A DNA stretch of 63,392 nt, filler included, from Octopus bimaculoides (GCF_001194135.2; 6 parts of 6 records of this genome joined end to end with filler, not necessarily neighbours in it); one strand, 5' to 3'. Shown: positions 39,561-52,799, numbered from the whole stretch's first letter. Translations and numbers: made by a program. Notes: a model not told the origin generated them from the sequence alone.

Positions 39561-39910
39561 GGTGTGGCTGCGTGGTAAGAAACTTGCTTCCCAACCACAT
39601 GGTTCTGGATTCATTTCCACTGCCTGCCACTTTGGGCAAGTATCTTCAAATATAACCTCGAGTCGACCAAAACCTTGTGAGTGGATTTTGAAGACGGAAA
39701 CTGAAAGAAGCCCAACGTGTGTGTGTATTCCACTATCGATTGACAACCGGTGTTGGTGTGTTTACGTCCCCGTAACTTAGAGGTTCGGCAAGAGAGACCG
39801 ATAGAATAAGTGCCAGGCTTTCAAAAAAATAGATACTGAGATTCGACTAAAATTCTTCAAAGCGGTGCGACAGCATGGCCGCAGTCTAATGAGTGAAAGA
39901 AGTAAAAGAT
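39561..39910 (+). mobile_element. Family B CORE-like SINE
   Basis: GGCTG(T/C)GTGGTAAG..ACTTGCTTCCCAACCACATGGTTC...GACGGAAACTGAAAGAAGCCC...TAAAAG; shared with the other B copies. Confidence 0.85.
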
Positions 39911-39963
39911 AGATGCTAAAAGATAAATAAGAATGAAGATAGTCATAAGAAGTAGAGCATTAG

Positions 39964-40190
39964 TTGGCGAGTTGGCAGAAACGTTAGCAAGCCGGGCGAA
40001 ATGCTTAGCGGTATTTTGTCTGCCATTACGTTCTGAGTTCAAATTCCGCCGAGGTCGACTTTGCCTTTCATCCTTTCGGGGTCGATAAATTAAGTACCAC
40101 TGGGGTCGATGTAATCGACTTAATCCATTTGTCTGTCCTTGTTTGTCCCCTCTATGTTCAGCCCTTTGTGGGCAATAAAGAAATAAGTAG
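39964..40190 (+). mobile_element. Family C SINE
   Basis: GGCGAGTTGGCAGAAACGTTAGC...TTCTGAGTTCAAATTCCGCCGAGGTCGACTTTGCCTTTCATCC...GGGGTCGATGTAATCGAC...AATAAAGAAATAA. Confidence 0.88.
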
Positions 40191-40351
40191 TGGAAAGTAA
40201 CTGTATGTACTACATATTAAATTGCTGTTGGTTAGGGTAGATAACAAGTTTCAAATATTGCATTCAGAGCTGCTTCTTGTAGCGGCATTATTTATTTGTT
40301 TCTAGCTTGACTAAGTAAATATTCCGTTTTTGCAGTTTCCGTAAGTGTAGA

Positions 40352-40535
40352 AAGGCGGCGAAATCATTAGCGGTATTTCGTCTGTTTTGACGTTCTGAGT
40401 TCAAATTCGCCGAGGTCGGCTTTGCCTTTCATCCTTTCGAGGTCGATAAATTAAGTACCAGTTGCATACTGGGGTCGATCTAATCGACTGGACCCTCTCC
40501 CGCAAAATTTCGGGCCCTGTGCCTAGAGTAGAAAG
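40352..40535 (+). mobile_element. Family C SINE
   Basis: Same head and core as 39964-40190. Confidence 0.8.
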
Positions 40536-40796
40536 GTTTTCGTAAGTGTAGTGGTGTAATTCTTTACATACCGGGCTGTGAGCGACTGAGGAAGAACGAC
40601 GCTGAAATGCATGTGTCATACGATCTAATATTTCAAAATACAATGTCTATTCACACAAGTATAAGTGGAAATTTTTCACCCGGAAATGTTCCTGCAATGA
40701 AAGGCCTTATCACATCCGATTACACTAGAATGTGCTAAACATGACTTTACAAAATATATTTTATCTAACACTGATTCATGAGACATGAAAAATACA

Positions 40797-40975
40797 AGGG
40801 TGGCTGTGTAGTAAGAAGATTACTTCCCGACAACATGGATCCGGGTTCAGTCCCCACGCTATAGAATAAATACCAAGCTTAACTAAAAGCAAGTAAAGGG
40901 GTCGATTCATTCCACTAAAATAAATTGTTCAAGGTACAGTCTAATGACTGAAACAAGTAAAAGATAAAAGATATA
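40797..40975 (+). mobile_element. Internally deleted family B SINE
   Basis: GGCTGTGTAGTAAGAAG head joined directly to the ATAGAATAA...ATGACTGAAACAAGTAAAAG tail. Confidence 0.65.
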
Positions 40976-41204
40976 TATAAATATATAATAAACAAGTAAA
41001 GCAAAAATATATTACAGAGGATATATCAGAAACAATTAACAATTATTTATGAAAATATCAATAGCCAAACATGTTATAAAATACATAGAAGAATGTTTAT
41101 AATTATGAACAAGTCACAATTATAACTAAGAGGGATTCAGCATACATACATATACACATTCATACATACACACACTGACACACACACACACTGACACACA
41201 CACA

Positions 41205-41238
<34 letters not shown>

Positions 41239-41349
41239 NNNNNNNNNNACACACACACACACACACACACACATAAATAAGGATAAGATCGTTATTTAAG
41301 ATACCGAGCATATCAAGTGGCTACCTCATAGGTAATAATCATTATTAAA

Positions 41350-41498
41350 ATTATAATTAAGGTTATCTAAAAGATACCACCATGCTAGATATAGCAACCA
41401 AAACTTGACTCTAAAACCACATTAATATGGTTTCAGAGTCAAGTTTTGGCTGCTATATCTAGCATGGTTGGTATCTTTTAGATACCCTCAATTATAAT
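41350..41498. repeat. 149-bp fold-back palindrome (~74-bp arms, no loop)
   Basis: Centred on CACATT|AATATG at 41423/41424; arms differ by 5 substitutions and one 1-nt indel. Confidence 0.95.
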
Positions 41499-42060
41499 AT
41501 ATATATATATATANNNNNNNNNNNNNNNNNNNNNNNNNNNNNNNNNNNNNNNNNNNNNNNNNNNNNNNNNNNNNNNNNNNNNNNNNNNNNNNNNNNNNNN
41601 NNNNNNNNNNNNNNNNNNNNNNNNNNNNNNNNNNNNNNNNNNNNNNNNNNNNNNNNNNNNNNNNNNNNNNNNNNNNNNNNNNNNNNNNNNNNNNNNNNNN
41701 NNNNNNNNNNNNNNNNNNNNNNNNNNNNNNNNNNNNNNNNNNNNNNNNNNNNNNNNNNNNNNNNNNNNNNNNNNNNNNNNNNNNNNNNNNNNNNNNNNNN
41801 NNNNNNNNNNNNNNNNNNNNNNNNNNNNNNNNNNNNNNNNNNNNNNNNNNNNNNNNNNNNNNNNNNNNNNNNNNNNNNNNNNNNNNNNNNNNNNNNNNNN
41901 NNNNNNNNNNNNNNNNNNNNNNNNNNNNNNNNNNNNNNNNNNNNNNNNNNNNNNNNNNNNNNNNNNNNNNNNNNNNNNNNNNNNNNNNNNNNNNNNNNNN
42001 NNNNNNNNNNNNNNNNNNNNNNNNNNNNNNNNNNNNNNNNNNNNNNNNNNNNNNNNNNNN

Positions 42061-42100
<40 letters not shown>

Positions 42101-42509
42101 ATCCAACGTTGATATTCTGCATTTCACGAACAACCAAACCCGGAGTAAAACTTATACGTGACAAAACGGGGTATGTATAGTTACGTTGGCGAGACAAGGT
42201 GTTACATCCACCATTTTGTTGCTATTATCCTCCATATCTTCAGTCTCTTTGTAGTTGTGAGAAGACCACAATCTATGCTTGGAGTCGTTAGCTTCCATTC
42301 TTGAAGTATTAATGCTGCATCTCTTCAAAGCAGTCTTGTAATCTATGAACTGCTTCTTTCGTCGTCCGGACAAATGACCAAATTGTAGTTAGCCGCAAAG
42401 CATATTATGTAGGAAACGTGAATCAGATGTGCGTACAGCATTAATAGTTCCCTACCAGTGTTGGTTCAACGGCAGGACTTTGCAATGACCTTAGATCTTA
42501 ATGTATATT

Positions 42510-43110
42510 CTTTTACTTGTTTCAGTCATTTGACTGCGGCCAGTTTTCTTAGTTGAATGAATCGACTCCAAAACTAATTGTTTGTAAGCCTAGTACTTAT
42601 TCTATCGGTCTCATTTTTTGCCGAACAGCTAAGTTACAGTGACGTAAACTCACCAGAGTCGGTTGTCAAGCGAAGGTGGTGGTGGCGGGGAAACACAAAG
42701 ACACGCACACATAAGTATATACACACACACGACGAGTTTCTTTCAGTTTCTTATTTCTTTATTGCCCACAAGGGGCTAAACACAGAGGGGACAAACAAGG
42801 ACAGACAAAGGGATTAAGTCGATTACATCGACCCCAGTGCATAACTGGTACTTATTTTATCGACCCCGAAAGGATGAAAGGCAAAGTCGACCTCTGCGGA
42901 ATTTGAACTCAGAACGTAACGGCTGACGAAATACAGCGAAGCATTTCGCCCGGCGTGCTAACGTTTCTGCCAGCTCGTCGCTTCTTTCAGTTTCCGTCGA
43001 CCAAATCCACTTACAAGGCTCTGGTCGGCTCGAGTCTATAGTAGAGGACACTTGCCCAAGGATGCCAAGCAATGAGACTGAACCCGAAACCATGTGGTTG
43101 TGAAGCAAGC
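42510..43110 (-). mobile_element. Family B SINE interrupted by a family C SINE
   Basis: 3' half 42510-42750 and 5' half 42982-43110, sharing the duplicated TTCTTTCAGTTTC. Confidence 0.85.
42751..42981 (-). mobile_element. Family C SINE nested in family B, 13-bp TSD
   Basis: TSD TTCTTTCAGTTTC at 42738-42750 and 42982-42994; body matches 39964-40190. Confidence 0.88.
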
Positions 43111-43612
43111 TTTAGTTACTTTGCACCCAAACTGCGAAGGAGAAACACAGAATGCTCAGTATGCTTTATAGTAGTTGAAATTGTTGGTTACAGGGGTTCG
43201 CCTATGCTTGTTTAGAATCCATACCCGACATCATGCTGCCTTAGAACCTGAAATAAAATAATGAAATCAGTCATCGCTGTTGCATCGAGAAAGCAACTGA
43301 GTAGAGCGGGCAATACGGTGTGCCTTTGGCAGATTATCTCACTTTTCTAAATGTTTTTTCTAGATGCTACCTCTCATGCCCACTATTAATAAGCTTCAAC
43401 AGCTGTTGTAATGCAGGCTGTAGGGTTTCTACTGTATGGAACTACGAGAACATTTATCAACATACTCTGGTTCAATGAATTCTTCATACCTTAGAGATTA
43501 ATGGTGGCTTGCAGCCAAATGTATACACCTCCCACGAACGCACGCACACACAAAAACACACACAAAACATACACACACAAACACACACACACATACACAC
43601 ACACATAGATAC

Positions 43613-43680
<68 letters not shown>

Positions 43681-44050
43681 ATAAAATACATTTCTTTTAT
43701 TAGCCACACAGGGATCAACGAAGATGGGACAAATACAATGTAGAGCTTTTCTTTTTGGGAGGGGGATGGAAAAAAAGGGGCGATCAATAGGGATCGTGTA
43801 TCACAGTAATGTTCTCGTGTAAAAAGAGGGGAGNNNNNNNNNNNNNNNNNNNNNNNNNNNNNNNNNNNNNNNNNNNNTTAATTAATTAANNNNNNNNNNN
43901 NNNNNNNNNNNNNNNNNNNNNNNNNNNNNNNNNTAATAAATAATGATTTATCATAATTAATATTTAATATATATGTGCATTGCGCGCGCGCGTGCGTGTG
44001 TGCGTGCGTGTGTATGTATGTACGTATATATGTATGCATGTAAGTATGTA

Positions 44051-44105
<55 letters not shown>

Positions 44106-44200
44106 GAGTGAATGGACAAACGAAAGAAGGGCACTCAACACATTTATTGTGAGTTACATGTATGAATCAAAACAGTTTGATTCAAATTCGGTAGATAGAC

Positions 44201-44254
<54 letters not shown>

Positions 44255-44256
44255 GT

Positions 44257-44296
<40 letters not shown>

Positions 44297-44925
44297 AGAG
44301 AGTAAGGTAAAGAGGATAATTATAATCCTTGTTGTAACCTTATTAGCACATCATACCGAATCTTGGCTGGTGTAATATTCCAAAAATCAAAAGGAGATAC
44401 GTAAGACGTTGATGATAGAAAGTGAGGCACTACACAACTCCTAGGTAAGGTCCAGTAGGTCTAATATAAGCTGTGGAGTTAATAATAAAAATAATTTAAA
44501 TGAGGAAAGAAGCCGAATTTACATTAGAATTGTTTCAGTAAACGGGCTATACTTTTATTCCATATCTTATACAATGTTACGCAATCGATGCAAAGCCAAT
44601 CCTTTGTAAGACATGCCATGATATATGAAAATATGTAATAATAGTCCTATAGACACTTCGCTTAATCAGACATGATGAATTGAAGTCATGATCGATTAAG
44701 TTAATGTTTTGGAATGATTTTATTTGGGCGTGTTACAACATGTCAATAGATCGAACGCTGAAAACTTTCATTTGATGTCTCTCATAAATTTTGAGACAAA
44801 TAATCTTTGTAAAAATGTATGTGAATAGACCTCCATGTACACTAACACTGCATGAGGTATGGAATAAAAATATAGTCCGTTTCAGGAAACAACTGTGACG
44901 TCAATTTGCCTTCTATCCTCATTTG

Positions 44926-44961
<36 letters not shown>

Positions 44962-45051
44962 GAGTATGAGTGAATAAAGAAACGTTAAATAGTGTTCAAA
45001 AAAGTGTGATAAATGGAAGAGGGTTTTAACATCATTGACCTACACACACAG

Positions 45052-45083
<32 letters not shown>

Positions 45084-45178
45084 TCTTTATCAAAATATTT
45101 TAATAAAACTGAAACGATCGTCAGCTTTATACGGTGAATCCTATACATATGCATACAAGTTATATATATGTGTGCGAG

Positions 45179-45235
<57 letters not shown>

Positions 45236-45825
45236 NNNNNNNNNNNNNNNNNNNNNNNNNNNNNNNNNNNNNNNNNNNNNNNNNNNNNNNNNNNNNNNNN
45301 NNNNNNNNNNNNNNNNNNNNNNNNNNNNNNNNNNNNNNNNNNNNNNNNNNNNNNNNNNNNNNNNNNNNNNNNNNNNNNNNNNNNNNNNNNNNNNNNNNNN
45401 NNNNNNNNNNNNNNNNNNNNNNNNNNNNNNNNNNNNNNNNNNNNNNNNNNNNNNNNNNNNNNNNNNNNNNNNNNNNNNNNNNNNNNNNNNNNNNNNNNNN
45501 NNNNNNNNNNNNNNNNNNNNNNNNNNNNNNNNNNNNNNNNNNNNNNNNNNNNNNNNNNNNNNNNNNNNNNNNNNNNNNNNNNNNNNNNNNNNNNNNNNNN
45601 NNNNNNNNNNNNNNNNNNNNNNNNNNNNNNNNNNNNNNNNNNNNNNNNNNNNNNNNNNNNNNNNNNNNNNNNNNNNNNNNNNNNNNNNNNNNNNNNNNNN
45701 NNNNNNNNNNNNNNNNNNNNNNNNNNNNNNNNNNNNNNNNNNNNNNNNNNNNNNNNNNNNNNNNNNNNNNNNNNNNNNNNNNNNNNNNNNNNNNNNNNNN
45801 NNNNNNNNNNNNNNNNNNNNNNNNN

Positions 45826-45856
<31 letters not shown>

Positions 45857-45946
45857 GAGTATGAGTGAATAAAGAAACGTTAAATAGTGTTCAAAAAAGT
45901 GTGATAAATGGAAGAGGGTTTTAACATCATTGACCTACACACACAG

Positions 45947-45978
<32 letters not shown>

Positions 45979-46073
45979 TCTTTATCAAAATATTTTAATA
46001 AAACTGAAACGATCGTCAGCTTTATACGGTGAATCCTATACATATGCATACAAGTTATATATATGTGTGCGAG

Positions 46074-46134
<61 letters not shown>

Positions 46135-46309
46135 ATATATACATACAAGCATGTGTTTGTATGTGTGCGCATAAGGTACATGCGAATATATTTGTATATA
46201 CAGAGTGAGGGAGACAGAGAGAAAGAAAGACACACATATATATATATATGTTTAAATAAATAATTGTATGTGTATATGTATATGCATAAATATATATTAT
46301 ATAGTATTA

Positions 46310-46380
<71 letters not shown>

Positions 46381-47429
46381 GTTCATATACATGTCCTTGA
46401 CCGCTCTCGGTTATTTTTCTTAGCTCATTTATGTTTATTTTATGCAAATTAGCTAGGTTAAAAATGTATCCTATTCCTGTTTCTACATCCCTATGTCCTT
46501 TGCCTGAAGAAAATATGGTAGGATGACTTTCATACTGATGATGAATACTGATGCTGCAGCACTTGTTAATGGCTGCTTTCTTATCTCCAAACAATGAAAC
46601 AGTCCTTTTATCTTTAATCGCATGTCAGCTTAAGAGAAAATTCTTGTTTCTTGAGATCATTTTACCTTCTCATATGAAGCTGGTCTTAATTGACATTAGG
46701 TAATTATCATATATTCTCTGAAGGCGGGAATACTTTTAATGAATCATTAATTCATGTCTTTTATATATCTCTATTTGAATATATTATTAATATACATATA
46801 ACAAGCCACTTTAAATTATTTCTTTAATCCCGTTTGGTTTTCCCTGTCTGTCTGTCTGTCCGCCTCTCTCTCTTTCTCTCTCTGTTTATATATATATATA
46901 TATATATATNNNNNNNNNNNNNNNNNNNNNNNNNNNNNNNNNNNNNNNNNNNNNNNNNNNNNNNNNNNNNNNNNNNNNNNNNNNNNNNNNNNNNNNNNNN
47001 NNNNNNNNNNNNNNNNNNNNNNNNNNNNNNNNNNNNNNNNNNNNNNNNNNNNNNNNNNNNNNNNNNNNNNNNNNNNNNNNNNNNNNNNNNNNNNNNNNNN
47101 NNNNNNNNNNNNNNNNNNNNNNNNNNNNNNNNNNNNNNNNNNNNNNNNNNNNNNNNNNNNNNNNNNNNNNNNNNNNNNNNNNNNNNNNNNNNNNNNNNNN
47201 NNNNNNNNNNNNNNNNNNNNNNNNNNNNNNNNNNNNNNNNNNNNNNNNNNNNNNNNNNNNNNNNNNNNNNNNNNNNNNNNNNNNNNNNNNNNNNNNNNNN
47301 NNNNNNNNNNNNNNNNNNNNNNNNNNNNNNNNNNNNNNNNNNNNNNNNNNNNNNNNNNNNNNNNNNNNNNNNNNNNNNNNNNNNNNNNNNNNNNNNNNNN
47401 NNNNNNNNNNNNNNNNNNNNNNNNNNNNN

Positions 47430-47474
<45 letters not shown>

Positions 47475-47864
47475 TGTATGTATGTATGTATGTATGTATG
47501 TATGTATGTGTGCATGTATGTATTTGTGCCTCAGTGTGTATACGATATTTATTCTTGTGAGCTTGTTTGTAATTTCCAGCCCTCGGCTTTCACATATAGG
47601 CTAAAGAACTCAATGCTTCAAACATAGAGTGTATTACATAGTTTAATTAATAAACAGTATATAAAGTTAAGTTATTCCTGTTACAAACTAAATCTGGATC
47701 TTACTATATATACTATTACAACCCACGCGTCTCCTATCCACAATTGTTCATAATAAACTACACCTGATTGTCATCACTATGTGTTACATGTATTATTGAC
47801 CCTATGTTTGTACGTATTCACTTCTGAACATGTTCTTTCACGTAAATTTGTTAGTATATATATA

Positions 47865-47895
<31 letters not shown>

Positions 47896-47915
47896 TAGTG
47901 TATATATACCTGTCA

Positions 47916-47980
<65 letters not shown>

Positions 47981-48431
47981 TTTAGGACGAATGTTGCATG
48001 TTTAATCGTGAAATTTCTCGTTTTATCAAGTTCTGGCGCTATTCCCTCGATACCTGTACACCACTCAGCAATATCTATCTCCCAGCTTTGATAGACGTTA
48101 TGTGGTAGATCAGTTAGGTTTAACTGTGTGGAAGGAAAAACAGATGGAGATGGGTGTTTGTGTATGTGTATATGTGCTTACATCCGCATACGCACGCACG
48201 AACACATGTACATACATACACGTGCACTCACACATACGTGCATGTGTACAAATGTGTGTCAAAACGCGCATACACACACGCGCACACACACACACGCGCA
48301 CACACACACACGCGCACACACACACACGCACACAAACATATGCACACACACACACATATATACACACATACGTATAAATGTGTATATAAATATATATATA
48401 TGCACGTGTGAATATATACGTACGTGCATTC

Positions 48432-48463
<32 letters not shown>

Positions 48464-48476
48464 NNNNNNNNNNNNN

Positions 48477-48553
<77 letters not shown>

Positions 48554-49775
48554 TACCCACAAACACATATGCATGTATATATACATATTTTATTATATAT
48601 ATATATATATAATTTTATTAACTGTTAACAATGTACTTAATATATATGTATGTGTGCATGAATGCAGGAAGGCATCAATTCGTTTATGTGTGTTATATAT
48701 ATGTATGTATGCTCCCTTCTGCATGTATGATTTCTTCTGTTTTTAATTATTTAAATTCTTGCTCTGGAGAGAAAGAACTGGTTTCTAAGAAAGTTCCAAA
48801 ACTACATCGTTAAAATGTAAATAACAATGTCACTTTTTAAATTCAAGGAAACTCTCGCATGTCTTCATTGTTTCACTTACAGTCTGTATTTGTAAAGTGC
48901 AAATTTGCTGGTTGATTTCTTTTTCTGAAAACGCTAGCTTATTCATATTGTCAATTGGGCATTTATTGACAAAGCCAAGTGCACCAATTATTATAGGTAT
49001 GAATGTGAATCATCATCTGGGTATAGAAGCTGGATATTTCGAAGCAGTAGTCCATAGTTATACTTTTTCTCTTTGATTTTCAAAGAGATAATCATGTCAG
49101 AAAGACAGCTAACCTCTATGATGGTACATACTTTTACTTGAATGTATGTTATGTATGTATGCATGCATGTAGATAGGTATTCTATCTATTTATCTATCTA
49201 TCTTTCTCTCTCTCTACATATATATATATATATGTAAATATGTATAAATAGATAAATAGTTACATACACACACACACTCATATATANNNNNNNNNNNNNN
49301 NNNNNNNNNNNNNNNNNNNNNNNNNNNNNNNNNNNNNNNNNNNNNNNNNNNNNNNNNNNNNNNNNNNNNNNNNNNNNNNNNNNNNNNNNNNNNNNNNNNN
49401 NNNNNNNNNNNNNNNNNNNNNNNNNNNNNNNNNNNNNNNNNNNNNNNNNNNNNNNNNNNNNNNNNNNNNNNNNNNNNNNNNNNNNNNNNNNNNNNNNNNN
49501 NNNNNNNNNNNNNNNNNNNNNNNNNNNNNNNNNNNNNNNNNNNNNNNNNNNNNNNNNNNNNNNNNNNNNNNNNNNNNNNNNNNNNNNNNNNNNNNNNNNN
49601 NNNNNNNNNNNNNNNNNNNNNNNNNNNNNNNNNNNNNNNNNNNNNNNNNNNNNNNNNNNNNNNNNNNNNNNNNNNNNNNNNNNNNNNNNNNNNNNNNNNN
49701 NNNNNNNNNNNNNNNNNNNNNNNNNNNNNNNNNNNNNNNNNNNNNNNNNNNNNNNNNNNNNNNNNNNNNNNNNNN

Positions 49776-49815
<40 letters not shown>

Positions 49816-49898
49816 GTGTATGTATACATATACATATATTTGTATATCTACGTATATATGTATATATACATGTATAAATATGTGTGCGTATGTGTGTG

Positions 49899-50258
49899 TT
49901 TTATCGTCACTAAATGTGACTGAGGGCTATATCGTTAGAAATAAGAGTTAGAGGCTCTTTAGGTTGTAAGAAAAGCGCAATACATATACTGACAGGGGAG
50001 ATAACCGCACCAAGACCATCGTTAGAATTACTAGATTATTCTAGTTTCGCCTATTTCGCAGACATCATCAGTTGGACTACTCAAACAGTCAATGGCTTCG
50101 CTAAATCCGTCTGCCAATATGTATATTTTTACCGTAAAATTTATAACTGGTTTAATGAAATGCTAATGCGCATTTAAAAATTTGATAAAAACATTAAACT
50201 CTTACCTCTAGTGACATAGGTGCTTCGCCACCCTCAGTCAAATTTAGCGACGATAAAA
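49899..50258. mobile_element. ~360-bp element with imperfect terminal inverted repeats (MITE/fold-back-like or inverted Penelope-type terminus) containing the hammerhead motif
   Basis: 49899-49926 and 50231-50258 are 26/28 inverted-identical. Allowing an 11-nt gap, the arms extend to 49949 and 50197 (a further 18/23). No clear TSD. Confidence 0.6.
50020..50082 (-). ncRNA. Type I hammerhead ribozyme-like motif
   Basis: Minus strand reads GAGUAGUCCAA CUGAUGA U GUCU-GCGAAAU-AGGC GAA ACUAGA-AUAA-UCUAGU A AUUCUAACG. Core boxes CUGAUGA (50065-50071) and GAAAC (50044-50048), 4-bp stem II, 6-bp stem III and a GUA cleavage triplet (50029-50031) are all present. Stem I is weak or bulged. Confidence 0.7.
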
Positions 50259-50298
50259 TTTTTCCTGTATGGTATTTATTGCGCCTAACTTTTTATTA

Positions 50299-50340
<42 letters not shown>

Positions 50341-50864
50341 NNNNNNNNNNNNNNNNNNNNNNNNNNNNNNNNNNNNNNNNNNNNNNNNNNNNNNNNNNNN
50401 NNNNNNNNNNNNNNNNNNNNNNNNNNNNNNNNNNNNNNNNNNNNNNNNNNNNNNNNNNNNNNNNNNNNNNNNNNNNNNNNNNNNNNNNNNNNNNNNNNNN
50501 NNNNNNNNNNNNNNNNNNNNNNNNNNNNNNNNNNNNNNNNNNNNNNNNNNNNNNNNNNNNNNNNNNNNNNNNNNNNNNNNNNNNNNNNNNNNNNNNNNNN
50601 NNNNNNNNNNNNNNNNNNNNNNNNNNNNNNNNNNNNNNNNNNNNNNNNNNNNNNNNNNNNNNNNNNNNNNNNNNNNNNNNNNNNNNNNNNNNNNNNNNNN
50701 NNNNNNNNNNNNNNNNNNNNNNNNNNNNNNNNNNNNNNNNNNNNNNNNNNNNNNNNNNNNNNNNNNNNNNNNNNNNNNNNNNNNNNNNNNNNNNNNNNNN
50801 NNNNNNNNNNNNNNNNNNNNNNNNNNNNNNNNNNNNNNNNNNNNATATATATATATATATATAT

Positions 50865-50939
<75 letters not shown>

Positions 50940-51568
50940 TGCATATATTCATGTAGGCATGTATATATGTATATGTACGAACCTTAAATATGCTTGAGTG
51001 TCTACATTAAGACACACTTAAATGTAAAATTTACACACTGAAACGTTTATATGCTCAAATTTCTGTGTATATAAACATACAGATATACACACACGATGAT
51101 CTTGCATTAGATTTTTCATGGAGATTACCTACATCATTCTATTAGACGGACGCTTAAGGCCGATATATGAATCGATCAATAAAAAAAGTAAATAAAGAAA
51201 TGAATGTATATATAACTAATGGAATTACCCAAATTAATGTTTAAATTAAAGTAGTAAGTAATAAATAAGAGAAAGCAGCAGATGAAAGCGATGAAAAAAT
51301 AAAATAAAACTAAATGAACGCAAATTAAACGTTCATTTCTACAACCATTAACAAATACAGTAATTTATATACAGAGGAAAATTATTTGAAAACTTAGCTC
51401 GATATATACAACCATATACACACTTACTCACACATGCACACACATGTGCCTAAGTTTCACGCGCAACTAAGCTTCACAAACATGCTTATAAACATACATA
51501 TACGTTTACGCATACATACACTGTTATACATATAGGCATTAATACATGCATATATATATATATGTATG

Positions 51569-51603
<35 letters not shown>

Positions 51604-51624
51604 NNNNNNNNNNNNNNNNNNNNN

Positions 51625-51669
<45 letters not shown>

Positions 51670-51678
<9 letters not shown>

Positions 51679-51835
51679 TATATACGTATGTATATATATA
51701 TGCACATAAATTTCCATATAAATTAATATACCATGTATCATATATATGTGTGTGTGTGTCTATATACGTATGTATATATATATATATGCACATACATTTC
51801 CATATAAATTGATATACCATGTACTATATATGTGT
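51670..51835 (+). repeat. Two-copy ~80-bp tandem duplication embedded in (AT)/(GT) repeats
   Basis: GTCTATATACGTATG...GCACATA.ATTTCCATATAAATT.ATATACCATGTA occurs twice in tandem. Confidence 0.75.
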
Positions 51836-52374
51836 GTGTGTGTATGTGTATGCAAATAAGCATATATATACATTAATATAATTAATATAAATATGTACAT
51901 TAATACATACATTTACACACACTCACACAGGCATATGCATATACACACATGCACACAAACACCACACACACACAGACACACGCAAACACACACGCACACT
52001 CAAATACACACACTTATGTATATGGTTTCGTATGTGAATAAATGTGTGCGTGTCATCGTCTATTTTTTCAAAGACCTGTAGTAACTTCCGTCGATTAGCT
52101 TCTATTTTTCATGACCAATTATTTCTTGCTATATTTCTGTTTTATACATTTACCAGAGTGTTTTTTTTTTTACCAAGTTTATTGTTATCATTTTGTTTAC
52201 AGGATTCATCATTCTGTCACTTATATACGTCTCTACTTATGTCTTTACAGAATCTAATTTTATGTGTTCCCTCTGTTTCATTACTGCTTGGCTTTTAGTT
52301 GCAATTAACGTTTGAACTAAAACTGAAATTTATGCTTTGCTGCTTTTATGCCATACATACATACATAAATACAT

Positions 52375-52429
<55 letters not shown>

Positions 52430-52487
52430 TATATATATACATATATATATATATATACATATATATATGTATGTATATGCATATGAG

Positions 52488-52645
52488 TGGCTGTGTGGTA
52501 AGTAGCTTGCTTACCAGCCACATGGTTCCGGGTTCAGTCCCACTGCGTGGCATCTTAGGCAAGTGTCTTCTACTATAGCCTCGGGCCGACCAAAGCATTG
52601 TGAGTGGATTTGGTAGACGGAAACTGAAAGAAGCCCGTGGTATAT
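52488..52645 (+). mobile_element. Family B SINE 5' half
   Basis: GAGTGGCTGTGTGGTAAGTAGCTTGC...GACGGAAACTGAAAGAAGCCCG; cut by a gap. Confidence 0.85.
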
Positions 52646-52745
52646 NNNNNNNNNNNNNNNNNNNNNNNNNNNNNNNNNNNNNNNNNNNNTTAATTAATTA
52701 ANNNNNNNNNNNNNNNNNNNNNNNNNNNNNNNNNNNNNNNNNNNN

Positions 52746-52799
<54 letters not shown>

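Noticed and set aside
44959-46130. Apparent ~280-bp direct repeat (44959-45235 and 45854-46130) resembling LTRs around a gap
   Set aside because: The copies are essentially identical, differ only in microsatellite length and flank an N gap; typical of unmerged contig overlaps or haplotigs.
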